This document shows, one piece after another, positions 39,292-51,461 of a stretch of 64,000 nt of DNA. Origin of the DNA: Octopus vulgaris (lineage: Eukaryota). Both the position numbers and the translations under genes were made by a program. How positions within the stretch are numbered: the stretch's first letter is position 1; each line of letters starts with the position of its first letter. Location of the stretch: the NCBI GenBank assembly GCA_951406725.2, contig OX597833.1, forward strand, positions 44,888,001 through 44,952,000, read 5' to 3'. Below the pieces are notes generated by a model. That model searched no databases. It saw only the letters and a program-made list of their open reading frames with translations, and had not been told where the DNA came from.

Positions 39292-39688
39292 AATACAATT
39301 TCTTTTTACTCGACACAGGCAGAAAAATTATATCTGGAGCAAAGTGGAGCCCTATTATCTGCTAAAAAATATTAAATGCTAAAAAAACATTCATGCAAGT
39401 AATAAAACTTCACTTCGCTCGCAAAAATACAAAATTCCTACCTTTAGTCGATTCGAAAGTTCAATATTTCACGTTGAAACAACGCGACATCAATACAATT
39501 TTCTTTTCACTCGACACAGGCAGAAAAATTATATCTGGAGCAGAGTGGAGCCTTATTATTTGCTAAAAAATATTAAATGCTAAAAAAACATTCATGCAAG
39601 TAATAAAACTTCACTTCGCTCGCAAAAATACAAAATTCCTACCTTTAGTCGAGTCAAATGTTCAATAGTTCACGTTAACACGTGACAT
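39292..39688 (-). repeat. Two tandem ~200-bp units in the 5'UTR of the ORF1-only element
   Basis: 39292-39490 and 39492-39688 are nearly identical (ACTCGACACAGGCAGAAAAATTATATCTGGAGC...CCTACCTTTAGTCGA). Confidence 0.92.
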
Positions 39689-40741
39689 TTGCCGGAGCAA
39701 AAAACAACACGTCTGTCTGGTAAGAAGCTACTTACCACACAGCCACTCCTGCGCCTATATCATCATCATCATCATCATTATTTAGCGTCCGTTCTCCATG
39801 CTAGCATGGGTTGGACGGTTCAACTGGGGTCTGTGAAGCTGAAGGCTTCATCAGGCCCAGTCAGATCTGGCAGTGTTTCTACGGCTGGATGCCCTTCCTA
39901 ATGCCAACCACTCCGTGAGTGTAGTGGGTGCTTTTCCTAGCTACATGGTTTCAGGTTCAGTCCCACTGCGTGGCACTTTGGGCAGATGTCTTCCGCTATA
40001 GCCCCGAGTCGACCGAAGCTTTGTGATTGAATTCGGTAGGTGGAAGTTACTGCCGTGTGTGTATGTGTGCGTATAGCTGCTCAGTACCTCTCCGAAAGAG
40101 AGAGAGGGGATATATATACACACCATCATTATCAACATCATCATTTAACACTTGTTTTCCATGCTGGCATGGGCTGGATAGTTTGACAGGAGCTTCTTTT
40201 ATGTGACACCAGCATAAAAACCCTTTTGATACCAACCTGCCTGAAACTGCCTCAGGCTCTGTAGTACAAATGTCTTGTTTTCAAAAGTTCTGAATTAAAA
40301 CCTTTGTCACAATTTATGTTCCTAACACTAGCTTAATGATAACTAAGTTATTTTACTAAATTCTTTATCATATTTAAAATTAATTGAAACACAGAGCATC
40401 TCAACAGAAATATAGTAACAAAAGGAGTAAAGATATAAACTTAGTAAAAAAACGTGTCTCTAGATCACACTGTTATCCTTTTTGTTACCAACCCACCCTG
40501 GGTGTATGATACAAGCTCCTCAATTTAAAGTTATCTAAATACCATATTAATTTATATTCCAAACACTGGCTTAATAAGGACAAAATTATTCCATTTAATT
40601 TTTCATTTCATAGGTGCAGGTCTGGCTGCTTCCCAACCACATGGTTCCAGGTTCACTCCCACTGCATGTTTCTTCTACTATAGCTTCAGGCCAACCAAAG
40701 CCTTGTGAGTGAATTTGGTAGACAAAAACTGAAAGAAGCCC

Positions 40742-40810
<69 letters not shown>

Positions 40811-40969
40811 CACTCACGGAGTGGTTGGCGTTAGGAAGGGCATCCAGCTGTAGAAACACTGCCAGATAAGACTGGAGCCTGGTGCAGCCTTCTGGCTTCC
40901 CATATCCCCGGTCGAACCGTCCAACCCATGCTAGCATGGAGAACGGACGTTAAACGATGATGATGATGA

Positions 40970-41116
<147 letters not shown>

Positions 41117-42148
41117 ACATATATATATATACACACATATATCCATAATAATAAATGCCAAAATGAATTTCTGTCAATGTGTCATACTTTGAGCCCCTCT
41201 CTCACTATTCAATGACACTTATACTATTCCTCATGATGGGATGAGAGTAACTGTAGACATAGAGACGGTGAGGGTGATAGTAGATTGACAGTTGCGATGG
41301 TAATGGGGTGATAGTAATAGTATGAGCCGTAGTTGGTAGAGGTGGAGGTAACAGTGATGGTGGTGGTGGTGGTGGTGGTGGTAGCCAAGGCAGTCAGGGA
41401 TGACAGTGATAGTAAGCAATGTGAAAGACAGTGGTGATAGTGGTGGAGGGGAAGGTGGCAAAGTCAAAGGTATTGATGGTGATGGCGTAAGAAGTCTGAA
41501 TGGTGTGTGTATGGCAGTTGTGGTGACGATGGTTATGGTGATGGTTGGAAATTATCAACAGAAAGAGAGGGAGAGAAAGAAAGAGATTAGACAGAAAAAA
41601 AAATGTACTGACCCCTGAATGGGAAGACAAAAAATGTTGCTTCTCATGCAGCTTTGCAATAAGTTCCAAGTCGACAAATTATATCATTGTTTTGATGAAA
41701 ACAGTTCATTGCTTGAAAAATATTGGTCAAGTTTAATAGGTAAGTAGCTTGCTTACGAACCACATGGTTCCAGGTTCAGTCCCACAGCGTGGCACCTTGG
41801 GCAAGTGTCTTCTACTATAGCCTCGGGTCAACCAAAGACATGTTATTGTCTATTTTTTAGGATGACATTGTAGGGTAGGTGTGAGTGGCTAGACCTGGTC
41901 AGTTTGAACTTAAAACAAGAGGCATATTTGGGTCGGATATGGCCAGTTAAATGCTAAAGGGTTAAGACAATCACATCAAAAAATAGGCGCAGAAGTAGCT
42001 GTGTGGTAAGGAGCTTACTTACCAACCACATGGTTCTGGGTTCAGTCCCATTGCATGGCACCTTGGGCAAGTGTCTTCTACTAAAGCCTCGGGCCAACCA
42101 AAGACATGAGAGTGGATTTGGTAGACGGAAACTGAAAGAAGCCTGTCG

Positions 42149-42201
<53 letters not shown>

Positions 42202-42552
42202 ATGTTTGTGTGTCTGTGTTTGTCCCCCCAACATCGCTTGACAACCGATGGTGGTGTGTTTACATCCCCATAACTTAGCGGTTTGGCAAAAGGGACTGGC
42301 ACAGGGACCAGGGGACGCTGGCAACGGCCACGATTGGTAGGTGCTTTTTACGTGCCACCGGCACATAAAATAGAGGACAAAATAGATTATACAGACATAA
42401 ACAAGCAATAAAAGAAAGAACAGAAAAAAGTGGGGGAAAAAGCAACAAAGACTTATAATTAAACTTAAAAGAGCCTTTGGAATGTAATTCTGGTATTCTT
42501 TACTTGGTAAATCATCAGGGCCTAAGTGTTTATGAGAAAAGATAAAACTTAC

Positions 42553-42731
42553 AGTGACATCTTCAGGAAGCTCTACAGAATCTGCATCATCCTGGAACTT
42601 GGCTTTGGTGAACCGAGATGCCATAGCAGCAGCTAGAGGTTTGAATAGTTTTGCTGCTTTCGAGAATTCTTCTTTTTCAATTTCATGCTCCCATTCTGTC
42701 ATGTTAGAATCACAGACAAGGCTGTATGGAT
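42553..42731 (-). CDS. GPATCH1: GPATCH1 exon (DSNMTEWEHEIEKEEFSKAAKLFKPLAAAMASRFTKAK...)
   Basis: MTEWE....E..EF..AA and SRFT motifs; CTAG / ACT|GTAAGT, phase 1-0. Confidence 0.93.
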
Positions 42732-44162
42732 CTAGTAATAATAAAGAAGTTATATAAGCGGTTAGATAAGGTAGTAACCAGTAGACGAAATACAAAAAAA
42801 AATTTGAAATTTATATTTCTATAGGCGCAGGAGTGGCTGTGTGGTAAGTAGCTTGCTAACCAACCACATGGTTCTGGGTTCAGTCCCACTGCGTGGCATC
42901 TTGGGCAAGTGTCTGCTGCTATATCCCCGGGCCGACCAATGCCTTGTGAGTGGATTTGGTAGACGGAAACTGAAAGAAGCCTGTCGTATATATGTATATA
43001 TATATATATATAAGTGTGTGTGTATATGTTTGTGTGTCTGTGTTTGTCCCCCTAGCATTGCTTGACAACCGATGCTGGTGTGTTCACGTCCCCGTCACTT
43101 AGCGGTTCAGCAAAAGAGACCGATAGAATAAGTACTGGGCTTACAAAGAATAAGTCCCGGGGTCGATTTGCTCGACTAATGGCGGTGCTCCAGCATGGCC
43201 GCAGTCAAATGACTGAAACAAGTAAAAGAATGATTTGTAGTGATGCCATTTTGTAAGTCTTCAGCACACATGTGCAGCGTCGGATTTCTTCCGGGAGGCT
43301 GCCAGAAGTTCCCTCATGCACATGCACAGAGAAATAGCAACAGCAAGATTTCCCACTGTACCGATCTCTCTCGAAGCGGACACTGGATTGAACGGACGCG
43401 TTATAATAGCTCTACCAAGCAGCCACCACGTGGCAAAGCTACACTATGCTGGAACGAAACAGGATTAGGTTCACACCATTTAACCACAGCGACTAGCTCC
43501 CAATGGCTACCAGTTCGCCCTGAAGGAAATATATACTCTTTTACTTTTTTACTTGTTTCAGTCATTTGACTGCGGCCATGCTGGAGCACCGCCTTTAGTC
43601 GAGCAAATCGACCCCGGGACTTATTCTTTGTAAGCCCAGTACTTATTCTATCGGTCTCTTCTGCCGAACCGCTAAGTGACGGGGACGTAAACACACCAGC
43701 ATCAGTTGTCAGGCAATGCTAGAGGGACAAACACAGACACACAAACATATACACACACATACATATATATATATACATATATACGACAGGCTTCTTTCAG
43801 TTTCCGTCTACCAAATCCACTCACAAGGCTTTGGTCGGCCCGAGGCTATAGCAGAAGACACTTGCCCAAGGTGTCACGCAGTGGGACTGAACCCGGAACC
43901 ATGTGGTTGGTAGGCAAGCTACTTACCACACAGCCACTCCTGCATATATACAATAATATATGTATATATATTATTGTGAATCCAGAAAAAGAATTATTAT
44001 TCATGCTGTTGAAGATAATTGAAGTCTTGGTCTTCCTTCGACAAATAATTTAATGTAACGGGATGAAACCTGCACCCCTCAAGTGTTCCAGGCCTTTCAT
44101 CCATGTTACAGACTTTTTTTTATCAAATTTCTTTTTACTAAGCATATGACTAACCAACTTAC

Positions 44163-44555
44163 CAACTTTACCATGCTTCAACAACAGTAAGTACTTGTTG
44201 TATCGTTCTTGTTTTAAAGGGTCTTGCAAGAATGGTTGGAAATCTGATTGTAGTGCAGAGGATGTTTGCAATGGCTGAGATGACTGGATTTTAAATGGTT
44301 TCATTCCTAAAGCTTGACTGGTCTGAGGTGAACTTTCAGCAGCAATAGTGGAATCCTTTTCAATCTTCTCTGTTTCTTCTCTGTGACTACTAGATGGCGT
44401 TTGCGTGTCTGACTCACTTTGATTATTATAATCATTATTATTATTATTATCATTAGAACATTTAGTTTTCTCATCAACACTCTCCGACATTTTACTGCTG
44501 TCAAATTTTGGTAAGTTCTTTAAGCTACTTTTACTGATTAGATCAAAAACACTTC
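44163..44555 (-). CDS. GPATCH1: GPATCH1 exon (SVFDLISK...FQPFLQDPLKQERYNKYL...)
   Basis: Matches FKPFAKDPEKQKRY; TTTCAG / G|GTAAGT, 393 nt, phase 1-1. Confidence 0.9.
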
Positions 44556-46072
44556 CTGAAAGTAGAAAAGAAACAAACATAAAATAACTAATTAGATTAA
44601 ACATAATTTTCATTAAAATGTAATAGATTAAATATGTTTTAATTAAGATATTACAAAAAAAAATTAATCATAGGCTCGGGTGTGACTGTGTAGTTAAGAA
44701 GCTTACTTTGCAACTATATAGTTTTGGGTTCAGTCCCACTGCACAGCACCTTGAGCAAGCACTTTCCACTATAACCTCAGGCCGACCACGCTTTGTGCAT
44801 GAATTTGGTAGATAAAAATTATTTCTTATTTCAAATCTTACTCAAGTTCACTTTGCCTTTCATCCTTTTGAGTCAAGCGTTGGGCCTCACGAAGGCAAGG
44901 TGGCATGAGGAAAAGCTCCTTTCGAGTGTCAGGCCTCACAGATACAATGATGAATGACTGAGACCTTTGGCATTATGCCATGCTTGAGAAGAAGACCCAT
45001 CGAGCCAAGTAAAATCGCATTTGTAACAGATACTGGTGTCATGCATATGGCACACGTGCCGGTGGGACATATTTACACTCATTACACTCCCAGAAAGTTG
45101 GTGTTAGGTAGGGCATCCAGTTGTAGAACCCATGCCGAATCAGATTGGAGTTTGGTTCAATCTTCCAGTTTGCCAGCCCTGGTCAGACCGTCCAACCCAA
45201 CACCAGCAAAGACAATAGACATTAAATGATGATAATGATAATGATGATGATGAAAATATGTACCAGTCTATAAGATAGGCATTCAGATGAATATAATGTT
45301 ATGCCCCAATATGACCACAGTCCAATGGCTAAAAACCATGAAATAATTGCTAAATTAAGACCTCATTTTCTACTCATGCCTCATTTTACCCTTTAGTATT
45401 CAAATTACTCTGCCAAATGTAAAGCCTATTTATTCTTATTGTTTTGAATTAGTCATGTATTGTCTCATAGCTTTGAGATTTTGATGATGTTATTGTCTAT
45501 TTTTTAGGATGACATTGTAGGGTAGGTGTGAGTGGGTAGACCTGGTCAGTTTGAACTTAAAACAAGAGGCATATTTGGGTCGGATATGGCCAGTTAAATG
45601 CTAAAGGGTTAAGACAATCACATCAAAAAATAGGCGCAGGAGTGGCTGTGTTGTAAGTAGCTTGCTTACGAACCATATGGTTCCGGGTTCAGTCCTACTG
45701 CGTGGCACCTTGGGTAAGTGTCTTCTACTATAGCCTCGGGCCAACCAAAGCCTTGTGAGTGGATTTGGTAGACGGAAACTGAAAGAAGCCCGTCGTATAT
45801 ATGTATATGTGTGTACATGTGTCTGTGTTTGTCCCCCTAAAATTGCTTGACAACCGATGCTGGTGTGTATACGTCCCCGTAACTTAGCGGTTTGGCAAAA
45901 AGAGACCGATAAAATAAGTACTAGGCTTACAAAGAATAAGTCCTGGGGTCGATTTGCTCGACTAAAGGCGGTGCTCCAGCATGGCCACAGTCACATGACT
46001 AAAACAAATAAAAGAGTAAAAGAGAGAGAGAGTAAAACAAAAGTCCATCAAAGCTTCAGTTACTCAACTGAC

Positions 46073-46312
46073 CTGTAGTTTTTGTTTCGCCAATGATAAT
46101 ACTGCGACTAAGAGCATTCAGTATGCTGTTTTGAGGTTTCAGTGTTTCAGATGGTTGTTGAATATCTAAAGGTAGCTTTTCAAATGTATGATATGGCCGG
46201 TAGCCCTTAGGGATTTGTGGTGGTTGATAAGCAACTTTCAGAGTTAAAGGTTTTGATGACAGAGTGAAACCTTCCAATATCTTACCAACATAATTATTTG
46301 GAGGAGCAGGTC
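46073..46312 (-). CDS. GPATCH1: GPATCH1 exon (YVGKILEGFTLSSKPL...PPQIPKGYRPYH...)
   Basis: Matches YVGKILDGFSLASKPL..YPPP.LP.DYRP.H; TTTCAG / G|GTCAGT. Confidence 0.93.
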
Positions 46313-46662
46313 CTGAAAAAGAGAATCAAGAGAAAATGTTGCAAATAGTCAATAATCAATAGATTGTCTTTTCTTTTATCTTTTTACTTATATCAGTCAT
46401 ATATATATATATATTTAATGCTATTTTTTGACCTGCTATCGCCTGTGTCATTGATTCTGTTATTATTATCATTTTTTAAATTGTTACATTGGATAATAAT
46501 AGAATTAATGACACCTTCGTAAATTAATTTTTGGTGAATTATTTTTCTCGTAAATTGTATCGAAATTATTTTACACCAGTGGCTGTTATGATTTCAGCGT
46601 GAAACGAATCAGTTGCAGCACAGACTTTGAAGCGATGGGTTGGGAGTCTCTAATCATGGTAA

Positions 46663-46717
46663 CACGTGCTGAAGAAACTAAGGTTTTATTTTACCAATGC
46701 AGAAATCGATCCACGTG
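46663..46717 (+). ncRNA. Degenerate minimal hammerhead ribozyme-like motif (Penelope-type)
   Basis: CACGTG-CTGAAGA-(26 nt)-GAAA-TCGA-TC-CACGTG: stem I, core and palindromic stem III present; stem II closes poorly. Confidence 0.45.
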
Positions 46718-46868
46718 AGTCCAAATACTTAAATGTATGTTAGTAGATTGTCTTAACCTGATTTTGCATTCGTTTGATTTCTGTAGTTTTCATCGGTGTA
46801 TTTTTGGCGATTTAATAAGAGTTTTGACTGTTATTTCAAGCAGGTTGACATACTTAGTATGTCCTTTG

Positions 46869-46948
<80 letters not shown>

Positions 46949-47444
46949 ACAAGCTAGATCTCTAACAAGTCTCTTTTTTACCTGATACCTTAGTAGCTTC
47001 TAAGCTGAAGTGAAGACAGCATGAACTTGGTCTATCTCCTTACCTTCTTGGAGGTGTTAGGTAAAATTATACTAATGTGTCCATCTGTTTTAATTTAATT
47101 TAATTCTATGAATTTATGCAGCTGAGGATTGTTCTGCATTTAAATTGATGTAATGGTTGCATTGTTCAATTAAATGGAGTCGCTTGAAATGATCGTACTG
47201 CGTTACTTCTGGATATCCTGTTGCTTATTTTGATTATAAAATCCAGAGATCAACTGGTGTCGTCAATGATATATTGGGAGAATTCTCTCAATATGTAGCA
47301 ATAAACAGTCTAATATACAGTTATTACAATAAGAAAAAAGAGAAAAAATACTGTGGATTCTTATTTCATTTGAATCACAATAAGAACATAGCAAATAGTT
47401 TAATATAAATAAAATTTAAATGAACATACATTAACACAAAATAA

Positions 47445-47482
<38 letters not shown>

Positions 47483-47771
47483 CGAGATAAGGGTTGTAAG
47501 TGCAACCCTCCATGGGATAACATATATCCAATATACTGATAGTGAAGCACCCAACAAAGTTAATACATAAATGTTTATATTTATATTTGTATTTATTTAT
47601 ATTCACTTATACATACTGTACTTATTGTATCATATTACTCTTTCATGTACATTGTTTTGTTCTATATTATTATGTTTGACCTTAATGTTCATATGTAGTG
47701 ATCTAATAAATTATGTGATTGGGTATTATCTGGTAGTTGATCATTGATTAAGATATGTTTCTCCATTTTCT

Positions 47772-47818
<47 letters not shown>

Positions 47819-50331
47819 CATACATACATACATACACATGTGTGTGTGTCTTTTTGTTTGTGTTTGTCACTCATCACGACTTGTGTTGGTGTATTTACAT
47901 CCCTGTAACTTAGCAGTTTGGCAAATGAAACCAATAGAATAAGTGCAAGGTTTAAAAATTAAAAGAACTGATAAGTAACCGATTCAACTATTCAGTATGA
48001 TATAGGTGCTGCGCTGGCAGAATGATTAGGATATTGGATAGGGATGCCCTGCAGTATTCATTTTGCCTGTCTGTGTTCTGAGTTCAAATCCCACTGAAAC
48101 CATAGTTTTCAACCTTTTAGAGATGATTGTGGTTCAGAAGCTCACTTTCTAACCATGTGGTTTTAGGTTTGGCCCCACTGCATAGCACCTTCTACTGTAG
48201 CCCCAGGCCAACCAATGCCTCGCAAGAAAATTTGATAGGCAGAAACTGTGCCAACTCCCATCAAGTGTGTGTGTGTCTTCTGTCTGTCTGTGTGCACATG
48301 CACGTGTGTGTGTGTGTGCATACATACATGCGTATGAGTGTGTGTAGCTTTGCATTTGCTTGCTTACCACTTGACAACTGGTGTTGGTTTGTTTATGTCC
48401 CTGTAACTCAGCAGTTTGGCAAAAGAAGCAACAGAATAAGTTGCAGATTTAAAAGTAATGGGGTTCATTTCCTTAATTTGCTGCAGGCAGTGCCCCAGCA
48501 TTGCCACTGTCCATTAACTGAAGCAAGTAAAAGAAAAGATACTAGTCTAATACTTAGGTTGACCCTTCTCTCTCCCCTAAAGAAATTGGTTGTATTCCCA
48601 TACAGGAGGGATAGGCTTCACCATGTTTAAAATGACTAAGATGTGTCATATATCACAATGGTACCCCTACAACTCCACCATGAGTTGAGGTTCCAAGGAA
48701 ACAGCCATTCATTTTACTTATATGGGAAAAATAACAAACATAATTTTAACTTGACTTCAGTAGAACGTGAACCTACATCTAAAGGAATGAAATCAGATGG
48801 CAATATAAAAGCAGTTGGCTCACTACCATCTCATGGATCTCTTCCAACAGAGAATAAATACTTTCTAAGTACTGCATTTCATCATCATCATCATTTAACG
48901 TCCATTGTTTATGCTGGCATGGGGTGGATGGTTTGACCAGGATTGGCAAGCTGGAAGGCTGTACCAGATTCTAGTCTGATTTGACATGGTTTCTAAGGCT
49001 AGATGTCCTTCTTAATGCCAACCACTCTGAGAGTGTAATGGGTGCTTTCATGTGTCACCAGCACAGGTGCCAATTGTGTGACACCAGTATCTGCCACGAC
49101 TGCAATTTCACTTGGATTGATGGGTCTTCTCATATTTGAGGGCATAAAAGATGCATTGGCATATTAGATACAGCCCAATTTCAGCAACACATACTTACAA
49201 AAGGAGATTTTAGCACCTCAACACTTTAGCCTTTAAACCGACCATATCCAGCCCAAATATTCAATCTGCTTTATGTTACATCTGGCCTCTCACACTTATC
49301 CTACAATGTCATTCTAAAACTAAACAATAGATGAGGGCATGGTGTGTGATAAGAAGCTTACTTCCCAACCACATGTTTCAGGGTTCAGTCCCACTGCATA
49401 GTACCTTGGGTATTGACTTCTACTATAACATTGAGCAAACCAAAGCCATGTGAGTGGATTTGGCAGATGGAAACTGAAAGAAGCCCATCGTGTGTGTGTG
49501 TGTGAGTGTGTTTGTGTGTCCGTAAGTGACTTTCCCATTACCACTTGACAACTGGTGTTGCCAAGTGGTTCGGCAAAAGAGACCGATAATCTAAAAAAAA
49601 AAGATAACTCCTGGGGTTGATTTGTTTTACTGAAACCTTTCAAGGTGTTGTTCCAGCATAGCTGCAATCAACAACTGAAACACGTGAAAGAATAAAAGAA
49701 TAAAAGATAAATCAATCACCAAAACCTCAAAGTTATGAGATAGTGCATGATTAATTCAAACAATATGAATAGGAGTGGCTGTGTGGTGAGTAGCTTGTTT
49801 ACCAGCCACATGGTTCCGGGTTCAGTCCCACTGCGTGGCACCTTGGGCAAGTGTCTTCTACTATAGCCTCGGGCCGACCAAAGCCTTATGAGTGGATTTG
49901 GTAGACGGAAACTGAAAGAAGCCCGTCGTATATATGTATATATATATGCATGTGTGTGTTTGTGTGAGTGTGTTTGTCCCCCTAGCATTGCTTGACAACC
50001 GATGCTGGTGTGTTTATGTCCCCGTTACTTAGCGGTTCGGCAAAAGAGACCGATAGAATAAGTACTGGGCTTACAAAAGAATAAGTCCCGGGGTCAAGTT
50101 GCTCGATTAAAGGCGGTCCTCCAGCATGACCACAGTCAAATGACTGAAACAAGTAAAAGAGTAAAGAGTAAATAATCTGAATGCTAAAGGTTAAAGCATA
50201 TAGGCTCAGCTTTGCATATAGGATGCGGAATAATTTTTTTGAGACATATGTTTGGAAAATAAAAGTTCATCTTATATGTCTTCAAATATGTTATTTTCTA
50301 AGCTGTGAATTAATTTTGTTTCTGCTTTTAC

Positions 50332-50473
50332 CTGGCTTGTTTCTACCTGGTGCCGTCCATCCATGTAGATTATCTTCTTCATCAGCAAACCCAATAGACT
50401 GATCATACTTAGATAAATTGTCAGCTGCATAAATATCTTCGTCATCTTCTTCCATAGCACCTACTCCAAAAGC
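50332..50473 (-). CDS. GPATCH1: GPATCH1 exon (AFGVGAMEEDDEDIYAADNLSKYD...LHGWTAP)
   Basis: AFGVGA.EE.D.DIY..LSKYD and GWTAP motifs; CTAG acceptor; two in-frame donors (exon end 50332 or 50347). Confidence 0.92.
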
Positions 50474-50572
50474 CTAGGGCAAACAGGTGGAAAACAACAC
50501 TCTCAGATATTGTGAAGATTAAACATTATATATATATATATAAGATTAAACATATATATATATATAAGATTA

Positions 50573-50610
<38 letters not shown>

Positions 50611-50639
50611 TATAGATATTAAAACATGCACACACCACA

Positions 50640-50704
<65 letters not shown>

Positions 50705-51209
50705 TGCTAACATGAAAAAAAAGAATTCAGAAACTTCCAGAGAATGTGAAATAATTCATTTATAATGGTGGAACTTGAAGTGCATAAAGCTATAAATAAT
50801 CTTTAAATGTTATTATTTATGGCTCTGTGTGCTTTGAATAAAACCATTATAAATTAATTATTTCACGTTCCCTCAAAGTTTCTAAATTCTTGATATAAAC
50901 AACATACAATTCTCACGCCGCTGACGCCAACGCCGCTACCACCGACGTTGCTCCAGTTCATTCAGCTATAAATGAATAACTCTGTGTTGGGCTAGCCTTC
51001 TGATCAGGGGGAATTTTGGCCTGCTCACATAGCCAACGGGGTAGCATCATTTGAAAGCTAAAAGCTAAAGTTATGCAAAGCGCATTGTGACCAGTGATGT
51101 ATGACAACATTTGATAGTCTGGTTGATCACATGATCATCTGATATATACATATATATATATGGAAAGAGAGAAAGAGATAGACAGAGAGACAGCTAGATA
51201 TAATATATA

Positions 51210-51461
51210 ATGAAATTATTGTATACAGTGCTCAGGTGCACCACAACTTGTCAAAAGTACATATAAAGAATATGCAGTAATGTACAAATGCCTGGAAAGT
51301 GAACAGTGTGTGAGTCAGCTACATGCTTGTGTGTGTATGGAGGGGAGAAAATCAGGTGTAGTGTTGGCGAATCTCAGGAAGCATGGAAGTTTTGAAGGAT
51401 GCAGTGCTCCGACAACTAACAGCTGATGCCGGCAGTTTGTTCCATGCTTCAGCAACTCTTA
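51210..51461 (-). mobile_element. CR1/L2-like LINE 3' end
   Basis: Minus-strand RVAEAWNKLPASAVSCRSTASFK, typical of the RV..WN.LP...V...S...FK CR1 C-terminus. Confidence 0.7.

Larger units (their letters stand above)
37498..39717 (-). mobile_element. ORF1-only non-autonomous non-LTR retroelement (HAL1-like), complete with TSD
   Basis: TSD TGGTAAACAAGCTACTT (37481-37497) / TGGTAAGAAGCTACTT (39718-39733) inside a split family A SINE; single ORF; ends in AATAAA; tandem 5' monomers. Confidence 0.75.

Noticed and set aside
42019-42795. 258-aa ORF
   Set aside because: Only 42553-42731 is a GPATCH1 exon; the rest is intron and SINE read-through.
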